Notes under the pieces: model-generated
Databases searched by the model: none
Seen by the model: only the letters and a program-made list of their open reading frames with translations
Told to the model about the DNA's origin: nothing
Shown here: in pieces, positions 20,800 to 30,886 of the stretch
Layout of the letters: each line of letters begins with the position of its first letter
How positions within the stretch are numbered: position 1 is the stretch's first letter
Program-made: the position numbers and the translations under genes
Assembly (NCBI GenBank): GCA_049517415.1
Contig: JBEKSC010000019.1
Span: 1 to 55,145, forward strand
From: Candidatus Bathyarchaeia archaeon
GTDB lineage: Archaea; Thermoproteota; Bathyarchaeia; 40CM-2-53-6
Direction: 5' to 3'
Length of the DNA: 55,145 nucleotides

Positions 20800-22389
20800 A
20801 TGAATCTTAAAGCCTCCCTGCGGATGCCCCGAACCATTAAGAACCGAGCTTCGGCACCGCAAGCAGCGCTCGTGCAGCAGCCAGTATTACCTCAGGCGGA
20901 GGTCCCTTCAAGCTTCAAGGAAGTCTATCCACTCATCGAACCCTACGCCTACGCAGGAATAGCCAAGGACACGAATACAGGCGGCATGCTCTACTTTGTA
21001 ATCGAACCCACGCTACTCGAAGAAGAAAAAGCCCTGTACGCTAAGATTCGTAGCATCTTGGTCGAAGAACTCGATGTCGATGTGCGCAAGATTGGGTCTA
21101 TAGAAGAAGCCGCGAAATTCCTGAGGGAACGCGTTGAGAAGACTGTTAAGGAGTACAAGTTCAAGATCGCAGTCGAAACTCTCGACAAACTCATGTACTA
21201 CCTCGCAAGAGACCTCGTAAACCTAGGCCCCATTGAACCACTCATGCGCGACCACATGATTGAAGACATAAGCTGCGACGGCCCCGGAGTTCCCCTCTTC
21301 GTTTGGCATCGCCAATACGAATCCATCCCAACCAACATAAAATTCGAGGCCGCTAAAGAGCTTGACAATTTTGTTGTCAAGCTAGCCTACCTCTGCAACA
21401 AGCATGTTTCAATCGCTTCGCCAATGGTTGACGGCGGTCTCCCCGACGGGAGCAGAATCCAGCTCACATACGCAAAAGAGGTCACACGACATGGTAGCAG
21501 CTTCACGATCAGACGATTCAAGGCAGATCCATTGACGATAACCGATATGATTACCTTCAACACAATGACGTCCGAAATCGGTGCTTATTTCTGGTACGCG
21601 TTAGAGAAAAAAGCCTGCATCCTAGTTGGCGGTGGCACTGCATCAGGAAAAACCACTCTACTAAACTGCATCTCAATGTTCATCCTTCCGGACGACAAAG
21701 TCGTCACGATCGAAGATACTCCTGAAATGAACATTCCCCACGAGAACTGGATATCGGCGATCGCTAGAGTTGGTTTCGGTTCGATAGGAAGCATTGCAGA
21801 AATTTCGACATTTGACCTACTGAAGGCCGCTATGCGGCAACGTCCTGACTACGTTATAGTCGGTGAGGTGAGGGGAGAGGAAGCGTTCACGCTGTTTCAG
21901 GCTATGGCGACAGGCCACGGCGGCTTATCCAGTCTACACGCGGATTCGGTTACGGCCGCCATTCGGAGGTTGGAGTCGGCTCCGCTCAATATTCCACGGA
22001 CTCTCCTGCCCACGCTTCACTTGATCGGAGTCCAATCACGGCTGAAAATCAACGATAGGCCAGCTCGCAGGTTGATCCAGCTTACTGAAATCCTTGGAAT
22101 TGATCCGAGTTCAGGTGAAATCGATCTTAACGATATATACCGATGGGAACCGAGAACAGATTCATTCACTTACTCAGGCCGCAGCCAAACCATCGAAAGA
22201 CTCGCTGAAAAGGCGGGGGTGACTCTCGAGACGGTCAAGGAGGAACTTAGTCACCGGAAGACCGTTTTGGACTACATGGTCAAGAAGAACATACGCCGCT
22301 ACCATGATGTCGGCGCGGTCATCAGAGACTACTACGCAGACCCATTGAAGACTTTCGAACGGGCCAGGTTATCGTTGCTGAGTGATTAG
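20800..22389 (+). CDS. Type II/IV secretion (pilus assembly) ATPase, FlaI/PilB-like
   Basis: IEDISCDG, GGTASGKTT, IEDTPE, RQRPDYVIVGEVRG, MATGH. Confidence 0.96.
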   Translation: MNLKASLRMPRTIKNRASAPQAALVQQPVLPQAEVPSSFKEVYPLIEPYAYAGIAKDTNTGGMLYFVIEPTLLEEEKALYAKIRSILVEELDVDVRKIGSIEEAAKFLRERVEKTVKEYKFKIAVETLDKLMYYLARDLVNLGPIEPLMRDHMIEDISCDGPGVPLFVWHRQYESIPTNIKFEAAKELDNFVVKLAYLCNKHVSIASPMVDGGLPDGSRIQLTYAKEVTRHGSSFTIRRFKADPLTITDMITFNTMTSEIGAYFWYALEKKACILVGGGTASGKTTLLNCISMFILPDDKVVTIEDTPEMNIPHENWISAIARVGFGSIGSIAEISTFDLLKAAMRQRPDYVIVGEVRGEEAFTLFQAMATGHGGLSSLHADSVTAAIRRLESAPLNIPRTLLPTLHLIGVQSRLKINDRPARRLIQLTEILGIDPSSGEIDLNDIYRWEPRTDSFTYSGRSQTIERLAEKAGVTLETVKEELSHRKTVLDYMVKKNIRRYHDVGAVIRDYYADPLKTFERARLSLLSD

Positions 22390-22391
22390 CA

Positions 22392-23312
22392 ATGGCTAAG
22401 ATTACAAAGAAAGCAACACAGGAGAACACAGTATCCGCTTTCAAGGCCCCTTGGCTTCTAGCCTTCCAGTATCTGGGAGGTCGGCTGCAGAAATATCTCC
22501 CGTATTTCTCTGACCTCGGGTCGAACATGCAGAAGGCCGGATTGAAGATCAGCATACACTCCTACGTCAGCCTAATGGCACTATTATCAGCAATATCTTT
22601 CGCCGCAGGTTTTTCAGCCACCTTGATAGTCGCGCTCGTCTTCGCAATCCCAATTCTGTTAACGATTTTGTTTGCGTTTGGAGTGAGCATTATGTCTAGC
22701 GCGTTGGTGTTCGGAGTTCTTTACGGCCTTCCAAGCTTCCTTGCAACTAGTCGCCGGCGGAGAATGGACCTTGAGCTGCCATACGTAACTACGCACATGT
22801 CAATTCTGGCTGCAGCAGGGATGCCCCCTGCACGGATGTTCAAGCTGCTGGAAGATTCTCGTACGACACCAGAGGTTGCTTCCGAAGCCAATGAGGTGGT
22901 TAGAGATGTGGAGATTCTGGGCGACGATATCATAACAGCCCTAGAAGCTGAGAGAAAGCGGTCCCCTTCGAGCGTCTTTGCTGAAATCCTCGAAGGGCTA
23001 GTGGCAACGATCCGTTCTGGGGGGAACATGAAGGGCTACCTTCAGGATTCGACGAGGATGATGATGGACCTCCGGCGAGTCGCCGCCAAGCAAATGATTG
23101 AAAGTCTCGCGGCTTTTGCGGATATCTATGTGACAATGTTAGTCGTATTTCCGTTACTTATCATCGTAATGTTCTCCGTCATGGCACTCATTGGCGGCGG
23201 CATAGGAGGCCTCTCAGTTACCACAATGATGGCGCTGGTAACTTACGGAATCGTCCCGCTTTCAGCCGCCGTCGTTCTGGTTATGCTGGATTCTATGCTC
23301 GTGGAGGATTGA
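22392..23312 (+). CDS. TadC/FlaJ-like pilus platform membrane protein
   Basis: T2SS-F pattern (RMDLELPY, SPS..FAEILEG, SGG), TM helices. Confidence 0.9.
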   Translation: MAKITKKATQENTVSAFKAPWLLAFQYLGGRLQKYLPYFSDLGSNMQKAGLKISIHSYVSLMALLSAISFAAGFSATLIVALVFAIPILLTILFAFGVSIMSSALVFGVLYGLPSFLATSRRRRMDLELPYVTTHMSILAAAGMPPARMFKLLEDSRTTPEVASEANEVVRDVEILGDDIITALEAERKRSPSSVFAEILEGLVATIRSGGNMKGYLQDSTRMMMDLRRVAAKQMIESLAAFADIYVTMLVVFPLLIIVMFSVMALIGGGIGGLSVTTMMALVTYGIVPLSAAVVLVMLDSMLVED

Positions 23313-24193
23313 AAGTGCCGAAAATCGAACCTAATGAGAAGAGACTAGTTGCGGCCGTATCCGCCGCCATATGCATCACCATAACTGTTGCGGCTATCGT
23401 AGGCCAACTCGTGTTGCGCCTCAGCCTGCCGCTGCAATGGGACCGGCTGATTGTGTTGGGCCTTATCATATCGCTGTTTCCTCCAGCGGCTGTTGAGTAT
23501 CTGGACTTGAGGTGGCAGCGTGGAATCGACAAGAATATTCCCCGGCTCTTACGCGAAATAGCCGAATCAGGAAGAACCGGCCTAACACTTACCAGAGCAA
23601 TCGAAGTCTCTGCCGATAGAGACTACGGCCCACTGACGCCGGAGTTGAAGCGTCTCTTGGCGCAAATATCGTGGGGTAGTAGCCTAGAAGACGCATTTCG
23701 AGCCTTCGCCATCCGGGCGAGAACAAAACTAGCCCAGAGAACTGCAACCCTGATAACCGAAGTCGCACGCTCAGGGGGCGACACTCAAGAGATTATGGAA
23801 CAGGTAAACCGACACATCGGCGAATTGCAATCAATCGACCGGGAAAGGTACGCGCAGATGCGGCCATACGCAGTCGTGGTTTACATTGCCTTCGGGGTAT
23901 TCCTCTTCACCGACATATTGCTGATTCAGACTTTCTTCACACAGATACAACAACTGCAGAATCAAGTGCTTCAAACTGCTGGGGGCGGTGGGAGCGTATT
24001 CGGTGGCGCAGGCAAAGTCGACATTACGCTTCTGAAGAGCATCCTGTTTCACGCTACGATAATTGAAGGAATCTTCGGTGGGCTCATCGCCGGAAAAATG
24101 AGCGAAGCCAAGATGGGGGCAGGACTCAAGCACACTCTGCTGCTTTTGTTCATCACATTCCTTGCGTTCTTTCTATTCGTTTGGAGGGCTTAG
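23309..24193 (+). CDS. Second TadC/FlaJ-like membrane protein
   Basis: IDKNIPRLLR, DYGPLT, SGG, GLIAGKM..AGLKH. Confidence 0.9.
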   Translation: MKVPKIEPNEKRLVAAVSAAICITITVAAIVGQLVLRLSLPLQWDRLIVLGLIISLFPPAAVEYLDLRWQRGIDKNIPRLLREIAESGRTGLTLTRAIEVSADRDYGPLTPELKRLLAQISWGSSLEDAFRAFAIRARTKLAQRTATLITEVARSGGDTQEIMEQVNRHIGELQSIDRERYAQMRPYAVVVYIAFGVFLFTDILLIQTFFTQIQQLQNQVLQTAGGGGSVFGGAGKVDITLLKSILFHATIIEGIFGGLIAGKMSEAKMGAGLKHTLLLLFITFLAFFLFVWRA

Positions 24194-24197
24194 AAGG

Positions 24198-24737
24198 ATG
24201 AAGAGATGGAAAAGTAGACTCGGCGTCAGCACCGTAATAGCAAACATGATAATGATTTCGATTACACTTTCTCTCGCAGCAATCCTAGTCGCATGGGCAG
24301 GCACAAGCTATGGAGCGTTCACGGGAGGAACAAACGTCTTCTTCGCCCAACGCGGCCAGGCGCTCCAAGAGAATTTCGTTATCGAGGAAGCCTTCTTCGT
24401 CAAATCCTCCAACACACTTGACATATACGTTCGAAACGTTGGTGCGATACAAATTAGCGTTGTCGCAATATACGTGAATGGGACCTCTATATCAGGCTCG
24501 AACATCCAGACCGGAGGTTCACCGCCGCTCTGCTCTCTGTCCACCTCGACCAATCCAACAAACCTAGTTGTTCAACAGGTATGTGAGTACGGTCTCACGG
24601 TAACACAAGGCAACGGCGTCGTGAGAGGTGGAGCAGCTTTGTGCACCGGTCAAACTTGGTGCACTGGATCTTTGTTCTACATCGTTGTCGCGAGCGGGCG
24701 GGGCAACCAGGCAGCTTACACTGCGAGGGGGCCATAA
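24198..24737 (+). CDS. Type IV pilin
   Basis: KSRLG|VSTVIANMIMISITL; IYVRNVG. Confidence 0.85.
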   Translation: MKRWKSRLGVSTVIANMIMISITLSLAAILVAWAGTSYGAFTGGTNVFFAQRGQALQENFVIEEAFFVKSSNTLDIYVRNVGAIQISVVAIYVNGTSISGSNIQTGGSPPLCSLSTSTNPTNLVVQQVCEYGLTVTQGNGVVRGGAALCTGQTWCTGSLFYIVVASGRGNQAAYTARGP

Positions 24738-26014
24738 TGTCTAGGATCCTCATCTTCAGGCTTCGGCGTCGGCGTGCGGTTAGCACGATGATCGGCGGGG
24801 TGATAGTTCTAACCCTCCTGCTCACGGCGCTTGGGACGATGGTTCTCGTGACTCAGCAATACGACCAATACCAAGAAACAGTCAACGAGATGGCTCAATA
24901 CCGTAATCAACAATGGTCAGAAAACCTCGTAGTCATATCCCCAGGCCTAACAATTCCATCTTCAAGCAATATTCCCGGTTGGGGGAGCGGGTGTGGTACC
25001 ACTTACAACTGCTACAATGCTACGATAAGTAACCTAGGAGTCGTCGGAGTCCAGATTACGAGGATCTACGTAAATTCAACAGGGCCCGCAGGGTCAGGAT
25101 GCTCATACCCCAACCCCCAACCTTGCATACTCAACCCAACCAGCGCAATGGCTCCCTACGCCTTCAACCAAGCAAATCGTTTCCTCAACCCCGGCGAAGC
25201 GAATCATGCTGTGCTGCTGGCGTTGCCATACGCCGTTAGCCTGCCAAACCCGAATTCCGGCTTTCCGCAGAACACGATCGTCATCGTTACAAGTAGGGGA
25301 AACGTCTTTTCTTTTCAATGGCCCTTTCAGGTTCAGGTTTTCGGTCAAAGTCAATCAGCATTCTCCTCAGGAAATATTAAGGTCGCATACACGGGAACGT
25401 TCGATAGCAAAAATGAGCCCGGACTAGGTGGCAGTGGGGGATCAGGATATTGCCACACAGAGTCCTCGCAACCATACCCGGCTGCGGCCGGTTATGCGGA
25501 AAAACTCACCGGAATAACTGGGTATGGGGACTCGGGCGTATTGTGGTTCCTAAACCCGTGGATTACTGGTGGCAATAATAACGCAGTCATAGATAACAGC
25601 GGCAATCTCCACTCCGGTACAACTCTCTACATCTACGTAGTTGTGATAAACACAGGGACCACGGCCTATAACCCCACCGCCGGGACAATAGACTTAACCT
25701 GGTACGGTTCCAACCACTTGGACGGCCCTCTCATCGGCGTTTACTACAACGGCAACTTCTACGCCACGTCACCAAGCATTGCACCTGGTACGAGTTACTA
25801 CGCAATATTCAAAATCACCATATTTACGATAGGAAACAAGCCATGGACTGTGCAGCCTGGATACCCGTCAGTCATGCTCTGGGGTGCAGCGTCAATCACG
25901 AATGGGTCTGGAAGCAATCCCGGCAATGCCGAAGACCAAAGTTACTTTTCCGGCACAATCCTTCTTTCCGGATTATGGATACGATACGAAGCATCATCGG
26001 GGAGTTGCGCATAG
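24737..26014 (+). CDS. Large minor pilin/adhesin, paralog 1
   Basis: RRRRA|VSTMIGGVIVL; SNLG; TSRGN. Confidence 0.85.
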   Translation: MSRILIFRLRRRRAVSTMIGGVIVLTLLLTALGTMVLVTQQYDQYQETVNEMAQYRNQQWSENLVVISPGLTIPSSSNIPGWGSGCGTTYNCYNATISNLGVVGVQITRIYVNSTGPAGSGCSYPNPQPCILNPTSAMAPYAFNQANRFLNPGEANHAVLLALPYAVSLPNPNSGFPQNTIVIVTSRGNVFSFQWPFQVQVFGQSQSAFSSGNIKVAYTGTFDSKNEPGLGGSGGSGYCHTESSQPYPAAAGYAEKLTGITGYGDSGVLWFLNPWITGGNNNAVIDNSGNLHSGTTLYIYVVVINTGTTAYNPTAGTIDLTWYGSNHLDGPLIGVYYNGNFYATSPSIAPGTSYYAIFKITIFTIGNKPWTVQPGYPSVMLWGAASITNGSGSNPGNAEDQSYFSGTILLSGLWIRYEASSGSCA

Positions 26015-26037
26015 CTTGGAAGCAGCGATCAGCACTC
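26001..26037 (+). repeat. Junction repeat after each large pilin (also 27297-27333 and 28564-28594)
   Basis: GGAGTTnnnnATAGCTTGGAnGnAG in all three copies; the first two continue CGATCAGCA. Confidence 0.8.
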
Positions 26038-26054
26038 AAAAGCCAGAGAGCACC

Positions 26055-27296
26055 ATGATGCTTAGGCCCCTAATCTTGGGATTTCGCCGACGCCGCGCGG
26101 TTAGCACGATGATCGGGGGGGCGATTGTTCTAACGCTCCTGCTCACGGCGCTTGGGACGATGGTTTTCGTTTCGCAACAATACGACCAATACCAACAATT
26201 GGTCAAGAAGATGGGGCAACACGATAGTCAAGAGTTTTCAGAGAGACTAGTAATCAATTCCCCAGGCCTGACACTTCTAACCTCTACCACTATTTCCGGT
26301 TGGGGGAGCGGTTGCACGACCACATACAACTGCTACAACATTACTATGAGCAACTTGGGAGGGGTTGGAATTCAGATCGCAAGAATCTACATAAATTCCA
26401 CCGGACCCGCAGGGTCAGGATGCTCTTCAATCAACCCTCAACCCTGCATACTCAACCCAACCAGCGCAATCGCTCCCTACGCCTTCAACCAAGCAAATCG
26501 TTTCCTCAACCCCGGCGAAGTAAACCATCCGGTGGTCATAGCGGTACCTATTGCCGTTAGCCTGCCAAACCCGAACCCTGCTTTTCCCCAGAACACCATC
26601 ATCATCGTTACAGGTAGGGGAAACGTGTTTTCATTCCAATGGCCCTTTCAACTTCAGGTTTTCGGTCAAAGTCAATCAGCATTCTCCTCAGGAATAATGA
26701 AAGTCGCTTATCAGGGTAGTTACGATAGCAGCCATGATTACAAGGGCGCGTCTGGCCATACTGGGGGATATTGTCATAATGAGCCTTTGCAGAATTATCC
26801 GGCCGCGTCTAATTATGCGGAAGAACTCACAGGAATAGGTGGGTTACAAACAGGTACCACATTGTACTTCCTCAACCCATGGATCACTCAGACAATTTTG
26901 CAGTCCGCAGTTAACGGGGCAACACAGATGTATATCTATGTAATTGTGATAAACACAGGGCAAACAAAGTATACCCCCACTGCGGGTTCAATAGATCTAA
27001 CCTGGTACGGTCAGAATCACCTCGACGGGACTCTTCTTGGCGTGTACTACAAAGGAACATTCTACCCGGCCGCTAGCGCGCCGAGCATAACACCGAGTAC
27101 GAACTACTACGCAATATACACAATGAATACCGCTACAATGAAACTGGGCTTATGGCCCCCGGGGTCTGGTATGACATCAGTCATGTTCTGGGGTGACGCG
27201 TCAATTACGGATGGAACTGGAAGCAATAATGAAAACCAAAATTACTTTTCCGGCACAGTCCTTGTTTCCGGATTATGGATACGATCCGGATGCTAA
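26055..27296 (+). CDS. Large minor pilin/adhesin, paralog 2
   Basis: RRRRA|VSTMIGGAIVL; long near-identical blocks shared with paralogs 1 and 3. Confidence 0.85.
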   Translation: MMLRPLILGFRRRRAVSTMIGGAIVLTLLLTALGTMVFVSQQYDQYQQLVKKMGQHDSQEFSERLVINSPGLTLLTSTTISGWGSGCTTTYNCYNITMSNLGGVGIQIARIYINSTGPAGSGCSSINPQPCILNPTSAIAPYAFNQANRFLNPGEVNHPVVIAVPIAVSLPNPNPAFPQNTIIIVTGRGNVFSFQWPFQLQVFGQSQSAFSSGIMKVAYQGSYDSSHDYKGASGHTGGYCHNEPLQNYPAASNYAEELTGIGGLQTGTTLYFLNPWITQTILQSAVNGATQMYIYVIVINTGQTKYTPTAGSIDLTWYGQNHLDGTLLGVYYKGTFYPAASAPSITPSTNYYAIYTMNTATMKLGLWPPGSGMTSVMFWGDASITDGTGSNNENQNYFSGTVLVSGLWIRSGC

Positions 27297-27348
27297 GGAG
27301 TTATGCATAGCTTGGACGTAGCGATCAGCATTCGAGAGGGAGGGCGCC

Positions 27349-28563
27349 GTGATGTTTAGGCTTCTATTCTTCAGACTTAGCCGACGGCGTGCGGTTAGTA
27401 CGATAATTGGCGGGCTGATAATACTATCACTCATACTAACGGCGCTTGGGACAATAGTTTTCGTTTCGCAGCAATACGACCAATACCAACAAACAGCTTA
27501 CAAGATGGCCGAATACCGGGACCAAGGACAGTCAGAGAATCTCGTAGCCAACTCCCCAGGCCTACAGGCTAACCCAACCTGGAGTGGTTGCGGGGGATGC
27601 AACATGTACAATATGAGCTTGAGCAACTTGGGAGGAGTTGGAGTTCAGATCGCAAGAATCTACATAACTTCCACAGGGTCAGGCTGCACATCCCTCTGCA
27701 CACTCAATCCATCGAGCTCATCCACTTCATACGCGTTTAAGCAATCAACACAGTTCCTCAACGCTGGTGAAGTAAATCATGCAGTACTCCTGTATTTGCC
27801 GAACAGCGTTACGCTACCAAGCGCTTCTCCTCCCCCGAACACCATCCTCATCGTTACAGGTAGGGGAAACGTCTTCTCATTCCAATGGCCATTCCAAATT
27901 CAAATCGGCGGTCAAAGTCAATCAGCGTTTTCCGCGGGCATCGTCAAAGTCGCATATCAGGACATATCAGGAAGTGGTTCTGGTTACGATAGCAGCCATG
28001 ACTACAATGGCGCGTCTGGCAATACCTCGCCAAACGCACCATATTGCCACAATGAGCCCTTACAGAACTACCCGGCTGGGTCCAATTATGCTGAAAAACT
28101 CACAAACATAAATAACGTTGGGGTTAGCGGTAACACGTTGTACTTCCTCAACCCATGGATCACTCAAACGATTTTTACCTCGGCGCAAACACAATCCGGC
28201 TTTAACAAAACAATGATTTACATCTACGTAAATATCACAAACACAGGGAACACACCCTATACTGTCGCCGGGGGAACATTGGACCTAACCTGGTACGGTT
28301 CCAATCACATCTCTGGAAATCTCATTGGGATCTACTACGGTGTGCCTTCGGGAGCGTTCTACCCGTTAGGTTCAACGCAAACCGTTGCGCAGGGCAAGAG
28401 TTTCTATGCGATTTTCAGAGTCACTTTGTTACAACTATCAAGCCTCCCGACTTCGTCAGTGATGTTTTGGGGCTCCGCGTCACTAACGGATAATACGAAG
28501 GATACAAGTTTCGTCGGCGGCGTGGCTCTTTCGTCTGGGCTATGGATACGATATTCATGTTGA
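27349..28563 (+). CDS. Large minor pilin/adhesin, paralog 3
   Basis: SRRRA|VSTIIGGLIIL; shared FSFQWPF, FLNPWIT, DLTWYG, SGLWIR blocks. Confidence 0.85.
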   Translation: MMFRLLFFRLSRRRAVSTIIGGLIILSLILTALGTIVFVSQQYDQYQQTAYKMAEYRDQGQSENLVANSPGLQANPTWSGCGGCNMYNMSLSNLGGVGVQIARIYITSTGSGCTSLCTLNPSSSSTSYAFKQSTQFLNAGEVNHAVLLYLPNSVTLPSASPPPNTILIVTGRGNVFSFQWPFQIQIGGQSQSAFSAGIVKVAYQDISGSGSGYDSSHDYNGASGNTSPNAPYCHNEPLQNYPAGSNYAEKLTNINNVGVSGNTLYFLNPWITQTIFTSAQTQSGFNKTMIYIYVNITNTGNTPYTVAGGTLDLTWYGSNHISGNLIGIYYGVPSGAFYPLGSTQTVAQGKSFYAIFRVTLLQLSSLPTSSVMFWGSASLTDNTKDTSFVGGVALSSGLWIRYSC

Positions 28564-28622
28564 GGAGTTGAAAATAGCTTGGAAGTAGGTTCAGAGAGGT
28601 CACGTATACCTATGCAGAAGCC

Positions 28623-29084
28623 CTAGGCTGCTTGGCCTGCGATACAAGAATAGGAAAAAATAGCACCCTCTCTCGTAGCAATTTTGACGTTGTAAGCAAA
28701 ACCGCTGCTAAGTCCAGACGGACTATTCAATGTCACCAGGCAAGAACCTTGCGGGATAAGTGTGCTTGCAGTGAATGTTCCACATGCTATAGTCGGGCTC
28801 GCGATTAGCTGGCCATTAATGAAGTATTCTGCTGCCACGATATTCAACTTCGTCACCCCCACGTTCCGGATGGTAAGTTGCAGTGTGGAGAGGGTTGCCC
28901 AGTTGTAGTAGTCCAGTGCAACCTGTTCCAAGTACGGTTGTTGAACGGCACCCCCTAGCAGACCACCCATAAGGCCCGAGGCATAGCCGTACAGGAGAAT
29001 TGCTGCAGCCACTGTTATTAATATCAAGAGCAATGCGGCTATGACTTCAGAAGCACCTTTGCGGCTGGACATCGACTGATGCAT
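28623..29084 (-). CDS. Type IV pilin, paralog of 18697-19185
   Basis: SRKG|ASEVIAALLLILITV; shared NVG, YF.NG, SG.AY.VK, FSY..I.GQA. Confidence 0.88.
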   Translation of the reverse strand: MHQSMSSRKGASEVIAALLLILITVAAAILLYGYASGLMGGLLGGAVQQPYLEQVALDYYNWATLSTLQLTIRNVGVTKLNIVAAEYFINGQLIASPTIACGTFTASTLIPQGSCLVTLNSPSGLSSGFAYNVKIATREGAIFSYSCIAGQAA

Positions 29085-29092
29085 TGAGGTTG

Positions 29093-30109
29093 CTACCCCA
29101 CGTATTCTTTCACAATACTTTTTGACTGAAAGGTATGCATGGCTTCGTTCAGTGTAGCGCCTTCCACGTAGTCTATTTTCAGATTTTTCGCTAGGCCGCG
29201 GGCGTCTTCCGCCAATCCTGGTACGGCAATCAAGCAACATCCCGAAGGCTTCGCCTCTTTCACTTTTGCGGCGAAGCTCCTAACAACGTCAGTTCCTGCA
29301 GGGATGTAGCCCAGTACCGCATCGACTGCAACAAGCTTTTCTTCGCCTCTCCAACCTTTCTTCCGCAACACCAGAACGATATCGAAAGGCTGAGGTTCGC
29401 CTGATTTCCCGGGTAGGCTGTGGGGTGCTATCACTTTCAATCCAAGATTTTCGAAGAAGGTTATCGCCTCCGCGTAGACGAGGACTTCCTTCCGGATTTG
29501 TTCAAGCGCCTCCTTGTTTAGCTCGTACTTGTAGATTGGAACGAGGCTTACGCGGTCCGGCGAAAACTTATGGTGCTTGGACCTGCAAAAGTGCAAGTGG
29601 TTTGGGTTGTTGAATGAATTCCCACATTTATTGCATTCGTACCAGACGCCAAGCGCGCGGTATTCAACACCATAGTTATGCAGCACTGTCTGGCATTTTG
29701 GACAAATGATCTGGCCGCTCTTCTTGAAGCTGTCTTCATTCCCCACTTTGCCGCACTTTAAGTGCTCGAAGAGGTAGGTGCGGGTTATGTCATATGCTGA
29801 GCACTTGGGGCAAGTGTACCTTGTGCTCAGCTGTTTTGAGCCACATTCGGGGCATGATGGAGCCTTATCAACAAGTTCAGAAACCAGCGCGCCGGCCGAA
29901 ACCATCTCGTTTAGCAAGTCAGAGACATCAGATGGCACATTCCCAAGAATCATTTCCGCCTCCCCGTAGCTGACTTCATCGTTTGGGAGGAAAACTGGTT
30001 CCAAGACAGTTCGGGTGTGTCCAAGAAGATATTGAAGAATCTTTCGTGCCTCCATGTTGGCATATATTCCGGTTGGCGTGCTCTCTTTCGCTTGGCTCAT
30101 GACAGTCAT
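29093..30109 (-). CDS. TackOD1-like multi-zinc-ribbon protein with C-terminal degenerate restriction-endonuclease (Mrr-like) fold
   Basis: CPECGS, CPKC, EHLKCG, CPKC, CNKCG, HFC; C-terminal GKSG..PFDIV..VAVD. Confidence 0.75.
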   Translation of the reverse strand: MTVMSQAKESTPTGIYANMEARKILQYLLGHTRTVLEPVFLPNDEVSYGEAEMILGNVPSDVSDLLNEMVSAGALVSELVDKAPSCPECGSKQLSTRYTCPKCSAYDITRTYLFEHLKCGKVGNEDSFKKSGQIICPKCQTVLHNYGVEYRALGVWYECNKCGNSFNNPNHLHFCRSKHHKFSPDRVSLVPIYKYELNKEALEQIRKEVLVYAEAITFFENLGLKVIAPHSLPGKSGEPQPFDIVLVLRKKGWRGEEKLVAVDAVLGYIPAGTDVVRSFAAKVKEAKPSGCCLIAVPGLAEDARGLAKNLKIDYVEGATLNEAMHTFQSKSIVKEYVG

Positions 30110-30123
30110 CTTCGTCCCACATC

Positions 30124-30861
30124 CTATGCGGATTCTTGCGGCTTAACCTCGAAACCGTCTGGCGTAATCCTGTATGCCATGACTCGCTTCGGTGTTTTAA
30201 TGCCACGAATCTTTTGAATCTCCATAGTCTGGGACGGCGCTTCTTTGGTGGAGTTGTGGAGGATGAAACATCCGCTCGCAAGTATGGATTCGACGCCGAA
30301 CTTTTCGACCGTAGGCGTTGGCGCATCAGTCAGCACGAGCGTAGTCAGTTCGAGCTCGGAGAGTGCTCGGAAAAATTGGAGAAGTTTGAATCGAAACTCG
30401 AATTCGGTCCTGTAAACTCCGCCCATAGCGTCCAAGGAGTCGATTACACACCTCTTTGCTGCTACCCTCTTACGTGCATGGGCAATCACGCCGAGCAAGC
30501 CGTCCAAATCGAAAGCCTCAGAACTCAAAACACCTCCTCGAATCTTCAACTCCGAGCCGGGACGCTCTTGAAATGGTGCCGCGTCGACTAGAACAATTTT
30601 CCCTTGGCTTTCCAAGTCGAAGAGGTTCCAATTGAAAGGCATCACGCTGTTAGCGACTGAGTGCGGTGCCTCCTCCAGGGAAGCGTAAATACCGTTCTCG
30701 GCGTATTGGGTTGCGCCTCTGAAGATGAATTGGGCCGCCATAATCGTCTTTCCGGCGCCTGGGGGCCCAATGACCGAGTACACGTGGTTCCTCAGGAGGC
30801 CGCCCTCTAAGGCCTCATCTAAGCCGGGTATTCCAGTCTTAGCTCTAGCAACCGTACTCAA
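30124..30861 (-). CDS. KaiC-like ATPase
   Basis: TGIPGLD, GPPGAGKT, SLEE, VIDSL, QKIRG. Confidence 0.92.
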   Translation of the reverse strand: MSTVARAKTGIPGLDEALEGGLLRNHVYSVIGPPGAGKTIMAAQFIFRGATQYAENGIYASLEEAPHSVANSVMPFNWNLFDLESQGKIVLVDAAPFQERPGSELKIRGGVLSSEAFDLDGLLGVIAHARKRVAAKRCVIDSLDAMGGVYRTEFEFRFKLLQFFRALSELELTTLVLTDAPTPTVEKFGVESILASGCFILHNSTKEAPSQTMEIQKIRGIKTPKRVMAYRITPDGFEVKPQESA

Positions 30862-30886
30862 ACCATTTCACACTCTTTGATTCTCA

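Noticed and set aside
20800..24193. Archaellum (fla/arl) operon
   Set aside because: Two TadC genes, pilin-type rather than archaellin-type subunits, and no FlaF/G/H in the operon
24737..28563. Diversity-generating retroelement acting on the pilin paralogs
   Set aside because: No reverse transcriptase in the window, and the differences include indels and are not adenine-specific
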